A DNA stretch of 64,000 nucleotides from Acidimicrobiia bacterium (GTDB taxonomy: Bacteria > Actinomycetota > Acidimicrobiia > Spongiisociales > ZC4RG35): assembly GCA_050742015.1 (NCBI GenBank), contig JBOGEV010000012.1, forward strand, positions 326 to 64,325, written 5' to 3'. The translations under genes and the position numbers were made by a program. Numbering within the stretch: position 1 is the stretch's first letter; the number at the start of each line of letters is the position of its first letter. The notes under the pieces are model-generated. The model ran no database searches, was not told where the DNA came from, and was given only the letters and a program-made list of their open reading frames with translations. Shown one piece after another: positions 37,876 to 45,654 of the stretch.

Positions 37876-38220
37876 TCAGACCTGATCTTCCTCTAGTTGG
37901 TTGGGCGTGATGACGGGCCAGTTCGAGTCCAACTCCGACTTCATGTCGTGGAACCCGGACCGGCGCTTCCAAAACTTGGTCTTCCAGACCCGGAACCTGC
38001 GCTTTTTCGAATCTGGTGGCTCGGCGAGCTGGGCTTCGTGATTGCCCCCGGTGCCCCGCACTTCAGGGACGACGACCTCGTCCGGGTCGTCGGTCATGTG
38101 CAGCACCTGATGAGTGGAGTGCCGCACGGCCCGATGCTGTTGTTTGCGCTCCTCGCGCGTCGGGCGACCGTCGTTGTATCCGGGGATTTCCTGGCGATGC
38201 TCTCGCGACCGTTTGGCCAT
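37876..38220 (-). CDS. Hypothetical highly charged protein
   Basis: 114-aa ORF with GGAGGA 9 nt upstream of the ATG. Rich in Arg/Lys/Glu/His, with no recognised domain. Confidence 0.5.
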   Translation of the reverse strand: MAKRSREHRQEIPGYNDGRPTREERKQQHRAVRHSTHQVLHMTDDPDEVVVPEVRGTGGNHEAQLAEPPDSKKRRFRVWKTKFWKRRSGFHDMKSELDSNWPVITPNQLEEDQV

Positions 38221-38358
38221 CTAGATCTTTCCTCCTGTCCTGGACGCGTGCTCGTTGTGTCCCAGACTCGAAGGAGGGCCGCGGCCGCTTCCCATACATG
38301 GAACCTAGCACGACCCCCGTTCTCCGTGCCAGGGTCAGAAGACCCGAAGCCGGACCAC

Positions 38359-39309
38359 TCAGAAAAGGTACGGGATCAGACTCTTGCGAACCCGGCTCGC
38401 ATAGGCCGAGTAGCCGGGGTGGACGATACGGAGCCGGCGCTCCTCGTAGCCCGACTTGGCCCAGAAGAAGATGAGCAGTGCGAAGCTCAGCGCCGCTCCC
38501 ACCGAGCTCGCCAGGAGCAGGGAAATCCCGATCATCATCAGCGACAGCCCGCCGTAGATCGGGTGCCGGGCCCGGGAGTAGACACCGGTTTCGACGAGGG
38601 GGGCTCCAGGAGCCGGCTCGGGCGTCATGGTGAGGGCAGGGCCCAGGGCCCTGGAGCCGGCCAGCACCAAGTAAGCCCCGGTCAGGATAATGGGGCCCCC
38701 GATGACCCTGACCAGGACGAACCCCTCGCCGGGGAGGGACCCGTCGCTGTACAGCGCGATCGCAATCGCGGTGAGGAACACGAGTTGGGCCATGACCCAG
38801 TACCTGCCCTCGGCCGGCCGGTCGTCGACCCAACTCGAGGCCAGCAGATCAACATCCTGATCTGTGACCGCGGCCAAAGCCTCGGCCGCGGTGAGGCCAT
38901 CCCCGACCAGGGCCTCGGGCCAAACCGCGGCCAGCGGCTCCAGGACGAATCTGCGCTCGGCGGCCCGTGGATGAGGAACCACGAGGTCGGGAGTGTCGAC
39001 CGGCTCGCCGTCGAGGGCGACGAGGTCGAGGTCGAGGGTTCGAGCCCCCCACCGGACCTCCCGTGTCCGGTCGTGATCGGCCTCGATGGCCTGCAACCCA
39101 TCAAGCAGCTGTCGGGCCGAGAGCTCGGAATCCAAGACGGCGACGGCGTTCAGGTAAGGGTCCTGTTCCGGGCCGCCGACGGGCTCGGTCTCATAGAGGC
39201 CTGAGATGCCGTCCATTCGGCCCAGGCGGCGCATCGATTCGATCGCCCCTCGGATGTGGCCCAATCGGTCTCCGAGATTGGAGCCGAGGCCGACGGCGAA
39301 TCTCGTCAC
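38359..39309 (-). CDS. folK: 2-amino-4-hydroxy-6-hydroxymethyldihydropteridine diphosphokinase (FolK) fused to an ICMT/PEMT-like membrane methyltransferase domain
   Basis: The N-terminal half is HPPK (FAVGLGSNLGDR; GARTLDLDLV; VVPHPR). The C-terminal ~150 aa have 4 TM helices and the VETGVYSRARHPIYGG ... EERRL pattern of the isoprenylcysteine/phospholipid methyltransferase family. No stop codon separates the two halves. GTGA overlap with folB. Confidence 0.8.
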   Translation of the reverse strand: MTRFAVGLGSNLGDRLGHIRGAIESMRRLGRMDGISGLYETEPVGGPEQDPYLNAVAVLDSELSARQLLDGLQAIEADHDRTREVRWGARTLDLDLVALDGEPVDTPDLVVPHPRAAERRFVLEPLAAVWPEALVGDGLTAAEALAAVTDQDVDLLASSWVDDRPAEGRYWVMAQLVFLTAIAIALYSDGSLPGEGFVLVRVIGGPIILTGAYLVLAGSRALGPALTMTPEPAPGAPLVETGVYSRARHPIYGGLSLMMIGISLLLASSVGAALSFALLIFFWAKSGYEERRLRIVHPGYSAYASRVRKSLIPYLF

Positions 39310-39665
39310 CGCGATCGATCGATGGTGATCGCCACGTCCCCGAATCGCACCGCGATCGGTGCCTCGGGCTTGTGTACGGTCACCACGACCCGATCGACCC
39401 GCGCGTCGCCGAGAACCATCCCGGCCACACGGTGGGCCACAGTCTCGATCAGCTGATGACTCTCTGCCTGGACCAGGTCGTGGGTTTCTTGCGCCAACCG
39501 CCCATAGTCGAGGGTGTCGTCGAGATCGTCCGAGGCCCCGGCCCGGGTGAGATCCAAATACACGGTGACGTCCACCTGGAAGACCTGGGGCTCGACTTGC
39601 TCGTGCTCGAGCACGCCGTGTCGGGCGAGGACCTCGATGCCTTTGAGATCGATCCGATCGGTCAC
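39306..39665 (-). CDS. folB: Dihydroneopterin aldolase
   Basis: 119 aa, reading GIEVLARHGVLEHEQVEPQVFQVDV ... TLDYG. GTGA overlaps at both ends. Confidence 0.9.
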   Translation of the reverse strand: MTDRIDLKGIEVLARHGVLEHEQVEPQVFQVDVTVYLDLTRAGASDDLDDTLDYGRLAQETHDLVQAESHQLIETVAHRVAGMVLGDARVDRVVVTVHKPEAPIAVRFGDVAITIDRSR

Positions 39666-40156
39666 GAGACCGCGGATGCCGGGATGAGCGAGCGACCTTC
39701 CGGTCCCAACGCCCTCCCCAGAATCTGCTGAATGACCGCCAGGGCCAGAATCGGGTCCTTGACCAACCCGGACACCACGAGGAAGCCCCCGAGCAGCCCA
39801 CCCACGGTGTCGTCGATGGCTTCCCGATGCACCAGCACCTTTGCCCGGCTGGGCGCCGTTGCCTTGCTCAGGGTCTTGAAGAAGTCGTCGATGTCCTTCT
39901 CGGTCAGATCCTGCCCGATTGGGACCGAATAGGTGGAGATCCCGGCCTCTCGATACGCCAGGAGGTTTTGATTCGACGGCAGCATCGAGACGACCGCATT
40001 GATCCCAGCCTCCTCCACGAGCCAGGTGATCTCCTCCTCGCGCCGCACACGGCGATGCTGGAATCCGGAGCCTCCCACCCGCTCCGACACAGCGAGACGA
40101 TCGGTGATGACCCAGGTGAAACCCCGAGGCTTTAGTCCGGCGACCATTCGTCCCAT
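39662..40156 (-). CDS. Dual-specificity-phosphatase-fold protein lacking the catalytic Cys/Arg
   Basis: DSP-like layout (WVITDRLAVS ... GINAVVSML ... STYSVPIGQD ...). The P-loop position reads VLVHREAIDDTVG instead of VHCxxGxxR. Start is ATG 40156 or 40147, both overlapping the folP 3' end. The stop overlaps the folB start. Confidence 0.6.
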   Translation of the reverse strand: MGRMVAGLKPRGFTWVITDRLAVSERVGGSGFQHRRVRREEEITWLVEEAGINAVVSMLPSNQNLLAYREAGISTYSVPIGQDLTEKDIDDFFKTLSKATAPSRAKVLVHREAIDDTVGGLLGGFLVVSGLVKDPILALAVIQQILGRALGPEGRSLIPASAVS

Positions 40157-40992
40157 TGCTGGGGATTCACGATAGCCGCGGCGAGACGGAGCGCAGCTCG
40201 TGATGAGGCGACATCGTGAACCCGAAAAACCCTGGCCCCACGCTCGAAACCGAGGGCTGTGGTGACCGCGGTGACTCCGTCGCGGCCAGCCGGATCGTCG
40301 ATCCCGGTGAGCTTCCCCAGGAACGACTTGCGGGATGCTCCCAGCGCCACCGGAAACCCGAAACCGGCCAATTTGCCGAGCGCCTCGATCAAGGCGAGGT
40401 TGTGGGCAGTCGTTTTCCCGAACCCGATACCCGGATCCACCACGATCGAGGCCGGGTCCACACCGGAAGCGATCACCCCCTGTGCCCGGTCGGAGAGGAA
40501 CGCCCCAACCTCCCCGACCACATCGGTGTAGACGGGTTGGTGCTGCATGGTGCGCGGGGTGCCCTTCATGTGCATCAGGATCACCCCTGCTCCCCACTCG
40601 GCGATGACCCCGGCCATCTTGTCCGCGGCGGCGGCAGTCACATCGTTCACCACCTCGGCACCCGCCTCGAGGGCGGCCTGGGCAACATCCGGCTTGGAGG
40701 TGTCGACCGAGACCACGACGCCGTCGGCAGCCAGTGCCTGTATCACCGGGATGATCCGATGGCGCTCTTCCTCCGCAGAGACCGGGCTGGCGCCGGGACG
40801 GGTCGACTCCCCGCCGACATCGATCAAGTCCGCCCCCTGCTCAACCATATTCCGCCCCGCGGCGACCGCATCGCCTGGTTCCAAATGAAGTCCGCCGTCA
40901 GAAAAGGAGTCCGGCGTCACATTGAGGACCCCGAGAATCACCCCCCGGGAAACGTCCAGTTCCCTGGTCCGAAGCTTCCATCGCGTGCTCAC
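40132..40992 (-). CDS. folP: Dihydropteroate synthase
   Basis: ILGVLNVTPDSFSDGG, DVGGESTRPGA and GASRKSF motifs. 286 aa. Confidence 0.95.
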   Translation of the reverse strand: MSTRWKLRTRELDVSRGVILGVLNVTPDSFSDGGLHLEPGDAVAAGRNMVEQGADLIDVGGESTRPGASPVSAEEERHRIIPVIQALAADGVVVSVDTSKPDVAQAALEAGAEVVNDVTAAAADKMAGVIAEWGAGVILMHMKGTPRTMQHQPVYTDVVGEVGAFLSDRAQGVIASGVDPASIVVDPGIGFGKTTAHNLALIEALGKLAGFGFPVALGASRKSFLGKLTGIDDPAGRDGVTAVTTALGFERGARVFRVHDVASSRAALRLAAAIVNPQQWDEWSPD

Positions 40993-41034
40993 GGCGTTAA
41001 ACGTAGAACGTAGAACGGGCGAGCGAAACGAGCC

Positions 41035-41610
41035 CTATCTCGTCGTTCCGAAGAGGAGAGCCATCGCCTCGGCCCGAGTCGACGAATCCGTCTGCATCGT
41101 CCCCCGCACTGCCGAGGTCACCGTCACCGCACCCGGCTTCTTGATGCCCCGCATCGACATGCACAGGTGCTCGGCCTCGACCACAACCATGACACCGAGC
41201 GGCTCGAGCCGGTCGGCCAGCGCATCGGCCACCTGGGCGGTGAGCCGTTCCTGCATCTGGGGGCGTCGGGCAAATCCCTCGACGAGCCGGGCCAATTTGG
41301 AGAGACCGGTGACCCTGCCCCGCGGGATGTAGGCCACATGCGCCTGGCCGTGGAAGGGGACGAAGTGGTGCTCACACATCGAGTAGAAGGGGATCTCGCG
41401 CACCATGACGATCTCCTGGTAGTGCTCTTCCCCGAAGAAGGCGTCGATCACGTCGCCGGGCTCCCGATGGATGCCATCGAACACTTCGGCGTAGAAATTG
41501 GCCATCCGTTCCGGGGTGTCGACGAGCCCCTCACGCTCGGGGTCTTCACCGAGTGCCTCGATGATCTCTCGCACCGCTTTTTCGATTCGTCCCTGGTCTA
41601 TATCGTTCAT
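41035..41610 (-). CDS. folE: GTP cyclohydrolase I
   Basis: [14 protein letters not shown] and QVQERLT-like (PQMQERLT) motifs. 191 aa. Confidence 0.95.
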   Translation of the reverse strand: MNDIDQGRIEKAVREIIEALGEDPEREGLVDTPERMANFYAEVFDGIHREPGDVIDAFFGEEHYQEIVMVREIPFYSMCEHHFVPFHGQAHVAYIPRGRVTGLSKLARLVEGFARRPQMQERLTAQVADALADRLEPLGVMVVVEAEHLCMSMRGIKKPGAVTVTSAVRGTMQTDSSTRAEAMALLFGTTR

Positions 41611-41627
41611 CCATAGAGAAAATAGAC

Positions 41628-41654
41628 GGTTCGGGGGTTCCTATTCCCCAAACC
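41628..41654 (-). promoter_or_regulatory. Terminator-like leader hairpin immediately upstream of folE
   Basis: Minus-strand RNA GGUUUGGGG-AAUAGGAAC-CCCCGAACC (9 pairs including one G-U), followed by GUCUAUUUUCUCUAUGG and then the AUG. Confidence 0.45.
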
Positions 41655-41666
41655 TGGTTTCGACGG

Positions 41667-41695
41667 TTGACATGACGTCGCCTTGACGTTATGGT
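41667..41695 (+). promoter_or_regulatory. Near-consensus sigma-70-type promoter TTGACA-N17-TATGGT
   Basis: Read directly: -35 at 41667..41672 and -10 at 41690..41695. It points toward the RHH/DUF4097 genes. Confidence 0.5.
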
Positions 41696-41698
41696 GAT

Positions 41699-41723
41699 GT
41701 CATCGTGACATCATCACGATGTC
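41699..41723. promoter_or_regulatory. 25-bp near-perfect palindrome (candidate RHH operator)
   Basis: GTCATCGTGA-CATCA-TCACGATGTC, with 10-bp arms and 1 mismatch. It lies between the -10 box and the AAAAGGAGA ribosome-binding site. Confidence 0.45.
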
Positions 41724-41818
41724 GAAAAGGAGAAGTCCATGATGTTCATTCAAACCCCGGACAGTCTGGAAGCCGAGCTCGGCGAGCGCATCCGTCGGCT
41801 CCGCGCCACGGCACGCCG

Positions 41819-42283
41819 ATGCAACTGAGACAGGCCTCCCTTCGTCTGGAGGCGGCGGTCGAAGCACAACTCCGGCTCGGTGATCACCCCGACCTGGCCG
41901 CACTCGGAGCCGATCTTCTCGAGGTGTTGCGACCCGCCATCAGGCAGACCCTGCTCGAGGTGGTCGAGATGGCCACCCAGGAAGTCAACAGCCAACTCGT
42001 CGGGCATCGTGTCGCTATCCACCTCGTCGACGGTGACCCCGAGCTCGTGGTCACTCACGACGATTCCACGATTCCCCAGCCTCCACCACCACCCTCCCCC
42101 GGCGATTCTGTCGACGCCGAAGCTCGAATCACGCTTCGTCTGCCCGGATATCTCAAGGACCTCATCGCAGAAGCGGCCGAGGGGGCCGGTGACTCTGTGA
42201 ACGCTTTCGTTGTCGACGCCCTTCGGTCCAGAGCCTATGAAAGGGCGCCCTCGAACTCGGTGAAACGGACCATCGACCTGTGA
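41819..42283 (+). CDS. Ribbon-helix-helix protein (HicB-antitoxin-like annotation family)
   Basis: C-terminal RHH ARITLRLPGYLKDLIAEAAEGAGDSVNAFVVDALRS, with a Pro-rich linker. Start set to the ATG at 41819 (MQLRQASLRLEAAV...), based on recollected homologues that start M.L....LR.ELAVAAE. Confidence 0.65.
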   Translation: MQLRQASLRLEAAVEAQLRLGDHPDLAALGADLLEVLRPAIRQTLLEVVEMATQEVNSQLVGHRVAIHLVDGDPELVVTHDDSTIPQPPPPPSPGDSVDAEARITLRLPGYLKDLIAEAAEGAGDSVNAFVVDALRSRAYERAPSNSVKRTIDL

Positions 42284-43020
42284 TCGAGCGAGAGTTCGAG
42301 GTTGGTGACTCGCCTTCGGTCAAGGTGAGGATCAAGTCGGGCCGGGTGCGGGTCAGGCACAGTGAGCCGGGCATGGTTCGGGTCCTCGTCGACTCCGGGG
42401 ACCCCACCTTCGAGGTGACTCAGCGTGGCGATGCCATCGTCGCCGCAGGAGAGCGAAGCGGCCGGGCGGAGGTGACGGTTCATGCCCCGCCGATGGTCGA
42501 CCTCGATGTGGCCACGGCGAGCGGCGACATCACCGTCGTTCCTGCCGTGAGCAGGCTTGACATCGCCACGGCCAGCGGCACAGTCGAGTTCGACTCCGCC
42601 ACCCGCCTCCAGGTCAAGAGCGCGAGCGGCGATGTGCGTGGCAATCGGGTGGATGGCGAAGCGCGGTGCATCACTGTCTCGGGTGACATCCGCATCGCGG
42701 AGACAGCAGACCGGGTCGACGTCTCGACCGCATCCGGAGACATCACCATCGGGGAGTCCCGGGGTTCCCTGTCCGCCGCCAGTGTCTCAGGCGACATCCG
42801 GGTCGACCGGCTGCTCGGTCCCGAGCTCAACGCCAAATCGATGTCGGGCGGGGTTCGCCTCGGGATCCCCCCTCGCACCCGGCTCGATCTCGACGCACAC
42901 ACCCTGTCGGGAAAGATGGATCTGCCCTCACCCAGCCCGACATCGGATCCGCCTCAGCGCGAGATGAGCGTCAAGGTCCGGCTGGTCTCAGGCAACCTCA
43001 GGATCGTCCGCGTCGACTGA
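42280..43020 (+). CDS. DUF4097 beta-strand-repeat protein
   Basis: Repeated SGD(I/V) units (ASGDITV, ASGTVEF, ASGDVRG, VSGDIRI, ASGDITI, VSGDIRV, MSGGVRL, LSGKMDL, VSGNLRI). GTGA overlap with the RHH gene. Confidence 0.8.
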   Translation: MIEREFEVGDSPSVKVRIKSGRVRVRHSEPGMVRVLVDSGDPTFEVTQRGDAIVAAGERSGRAEVTVHAPPMVDLDVATASGDITVVPAVSRLDIATASGTVEFDSATRLQVKSASGDVRGNRVDGEARCITVSGDIRIAETADRVDVSTASGDITIGESRGSLSAASVSGDIRVDRLLGPELNAKSMSGGVRLGIPPRTRLDLDAHTLSGKMDLPSPSPTSDPPQREMSVKVRLVSGNLRIVRVD

Positions 43021-43025
43021 CGGAC

Positions 43026-45023
43026 CTAACCAGCGTCGGTGGCGGGCCGGGTGGAGCGGCGCAGCTTGCGGTTGAGCTGGAGGGACTCGGTCACCGGCTC
43101 CTCCTCTTCTGCCTCCTCGGCCGCAGCGATCTGCTCTTCGCCGGGCTGGGGCAGGACCGGGTTCTCCGGGTACTTGAGTCTCAGGGCGCCTTCGGAGGTG
43201 TGCTCCCACTTAGGAACATCGGAAAACAACTCGGCAACCTCGGAGCGGTCGACGGTCTCCTTCTCCAGCAGGGCTTCGACCATGCGATTCATCGATTCCT
43301 CATGGCGTTCGAGGATCAGACGGGACTCCTCATGGGCGGCGTTGATCATCTTGCGGACCTCGTTGTCGATGTTGGCCGCGACCTCGTCGGAGTAGTCCTG
43401 CTGACGGGCGTAGTCACGACCGAGGAAGACCTCACCGGTCGGCTTGCCGTACTGCATCGGGCCCAGGATGTCGCTCATCCCGTACTCCATCACCATGCGC
43501 CGGGCGATGGCGGTTGCCTTCTCGATGTCGTTGGCGGCACCCGTGGTCGGGTCGGCGAAGATCAGCTCCTCGGCGGTGCGACCCCCGAGCAGCATGGCCA
43601 GCTGATCGACCAGCTCGGAGCGACGCACCAGGTACTTGTCATGGGTGGGAAGAGCCAGGGTGTGGCCCAAGGAGCGGCCCCGCGCCACGATCGTCACCTT
43701 GTGCACCGGGTCGGAGTTGGGCAGGGCGTAGCCAACCAGGGCGTGACCGGTCTCGTGGTAGGCGATGAGTCGCTTCTCCTCGTCGGTCATGACCTTGGTC
43801 TTGCGCTCCGGGCCGGCGATGACCCGGTCGATTGCCTCCTCGAGCTCGAGCATGCCGATGTCCTTGCGGCGACGCCGGGTGGCGAGCAGGGCGGCCTCGT
43901 TGATCAAGTTGGCCAGGTCGGCCCCGGTGAAGCCGGGGGTGCGCCGGGCCAGAACTTTGAGGTCGATCTCGTCGGCGAGCGGCTTGCCCTTGGCATGGAC
44001 CTCGAGGATCGCGGTCCTGCCTTCGATGTCGGGGGCGTCGACCACGATCTGACGATCGAACCGGCCCGGACGGAGCAAGGCGGGGTCGAGGATGTCGGGG
44101 CGGTTGGTGGCCGCCATCACGATCACCCCGGCATTGCCCTCGAAGCCGTCGAGCTCGACCAGAAGCTGGTTGAGGGTCTGCTCCCGCTCGTCGTGCCCGC
44201 CGCCCAGACCGGCGCCACGGTGCCGGCCCACGGCATCGATCTCGTCGATGAACACGATCGCCGGGGCGTTCTGCTTGGCCTGATCGAAGAGGTCGCGAAC
44301 GCGAGAGGCGCCGACTCCGACGAACATCTCGACGAAGTCCGATCCGGAGATGGAGAGGAAGGGGACCCCGGCCTCACCGGCCACCGCCTTGGCCAGGAGG
44401 GTCTTTCCGGTCCCGGGAGGGCCGAATAGGAGGACGCCGCGGGGGATCTTGGCCCCCATCTGCCGGTACTTGTCCGGGTTCTGGAGGAAGTCCTTGATCT
44501 CCTCCAGCTCCTCCTTGGCCTCGATCAGCCCGGCGACGTCGTCGAAGGTGATCTTGGGCTGCTCCTTGCCCACCAGCTTGGCCCGGGACTTCCCGAACTG
44601 CATGACGCGATTCCCGCCGCCCTGCATCTGCATGAAGATGAACACCATGAACCCGAGCAGAAACAGCCAGGGAAGGAAGCTGATCAGCACCTCCCAGAAG
44701 CCGGGTGGCTGGGGGTCGGAGCTGAAGTCGACGCCGGTATCACGCACCTGGGTGACGAGATCGGCCTCGGCCCCTTCGGGATAGCTGGAGACCTGGTCCC
44801 AGGCCTCGGCGGGCAGATCCGAGGTCGTGAGACGCCCCTGAAGCTCGTTGGAGCGGGCCAGCATCTCCACTGATTCGTATTCGCCGGCCTCGACCTGATC
44901 CATGAACTGGGAGAGTGGGATCACCTCAGGCCCTTGGACCTGGTCGAACCACCATTGGGCGAGGATGGCCAGCATGATGATCGACAGTCCGTAGACCACC
45001 AGTGTGCGCAGGGTTCGGTTCAC
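43026..45023 (-). CDS. ftsH: ATP-dependent zinc metalloprotease FtsH
   Basis: Two TM helices, AAA+ module ([13 protein letters not shown]; DEIDAV) and zinc site HETGHAL. 665 aa. GTG start follows GAGG. Confidence 0.95.
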   Translation of the reverse strand: MNRTLRTLVVYGLSIIMLAILAQWWFDQVQGPEVIPLSQFMDQVEAGEYESVEMLARSNELQGRLTTSDLPAEAWDQVSSYPEGAEADLVTQVRDTGVDFSSDPQPPGFWEVLISFLPWLFLLGFMVFIFMQMQGGGNRVMQFGKSRAKLVGKEQPKITFDDVAGLIEAKEELEEIKDFLQNPDKYRQMGAKIPRGVLLFGPPGTGKTLLAKAVAGEAGVPFLSISGSDFVEMFVGVGASRVRDLFDQAKQNAPAIVFIDEIDAVGRHRGAGLGGGHDEREQTLNQLLVELDGFEGNAGVIVMAATNRPDILDPALLRPGRFDRQIVVDAPDIEGRTAILEVHAKGKPLADEIDLKVLARRTPGFTGADLANLINEAALLATRRRRKDIGMLELEEAIDRVIAGPERKTKVMTDEEKRLIAYHETGHALVGYALPNSDPVHKVTIVARGRSLGHTLALPTHDKYLVRRSELVDQLAMLLGGRTAEELIFADPTTGAANDIEKATAIARRMVMEYGMSDILGPMQYGKPTGEVFLGRDYARQQDYSDEVAANIDNEVRKMINAAHEESRLILERHEESMNRMVEALLEKETVDRSEVAELFSDVPKWEHTSEGALRLKYPENPVLPQPGEEQIAAAEEAEEEEPVTESLQLNRKLRRSTRPATDAG

Positions 45024-45132
45024 TGAGACCTCAGTTCAGACTCCGGGGAAATCTTCAGGTCGTCAATGCTACGGGAATCCCTTGCGTAGTCGAACCCCTT
45101 CTCGTCGGGCCTTGATGGCCCGGCACGCCGCA

Positions 45133-45654
45133 TCAGGCTTCAGCCCCCATGATCCCGACGTACGGGAGATTGCGGTACTTGCCGGCGTAATCCAGGCCGT
45201 ATCCGACGACGAACTCGGGCCCGATGGGGAAACCGACGTACTTGACATCGAGCGGGACCCTCTGGATCCCCTCCTTCAACAACAGAGCCGCTATCTCGAG
45301 AGAAGCCGGCTTGCGCACATTGAGGCTCTTCATCAGGTAGTTCAATGTCAGCCCGGAGTCGATGATGTCCTCGACGATCAGCACGTGCCGGCCCTCGATC
45401 TCCTCGTCGAGATCCTTGAGGATTCGGACCACCCCCGAGGTCTGGGTCGAAGCCCCATACGACGACACGGCCATGAAATCGAACTCCACGGGGAGGTCGA
45501 TGTGCCGGGCCAGGTCGGCCATGACCATGAAGGCACCGCGGAGGACCCCCACGAGGAGAACGTCTTTGCCCGTGTAGTCCTCGGTGATCTGCCGGCCGAG
45601 CTCGGCGAGCTTGGCCTCGATCTCCTCGGCGGTGATCATGGGCTTGATGTCCAT
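45133..45654 (-). CDS. hpt: Hypoxanthine phosphoribosyltransferase
   Basis: PRPP motif LIVEDIIDSGLTL. Start at the ATG at 45654 (MDIKPMITAEE...). Confidence 0.9.
   Translation of the reverse strand: MDIKPMITAEEIEAKLAELGRQITEDYTGKDVLLVGVLRGAFMVMADLARHIDLPVEFDFMAVSSYGASTQTSGVVRILKDLDEEIEGRHVLIVEDIIDSGLTLNYLMKSLNVRKPASLEIAALLLKEGIQRVPLDVKYVGFPIGPEFVVGYGLDYAGKYRNLPYVGIMGAEA

Noticed and set aside
38281-38310. cccatacatggaacc as a fourth copy of the CCACATATGG hairpin family
   Set aside because: The loop sequence differs, and there are no complementary arms and no CTCAGGTTC flank.
41739-41828. Reading the 29-codon upstream ORF as the true N-terminus of the RHH protein via a frameshift or assembly indel
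   Set aside because: The RHH frame from ATG 41819 already aligns with the N-terminus I recall for this family (M.L....LR.ELAVAAE). The uORF interpretation is simpler. It is left as an alternative to test.
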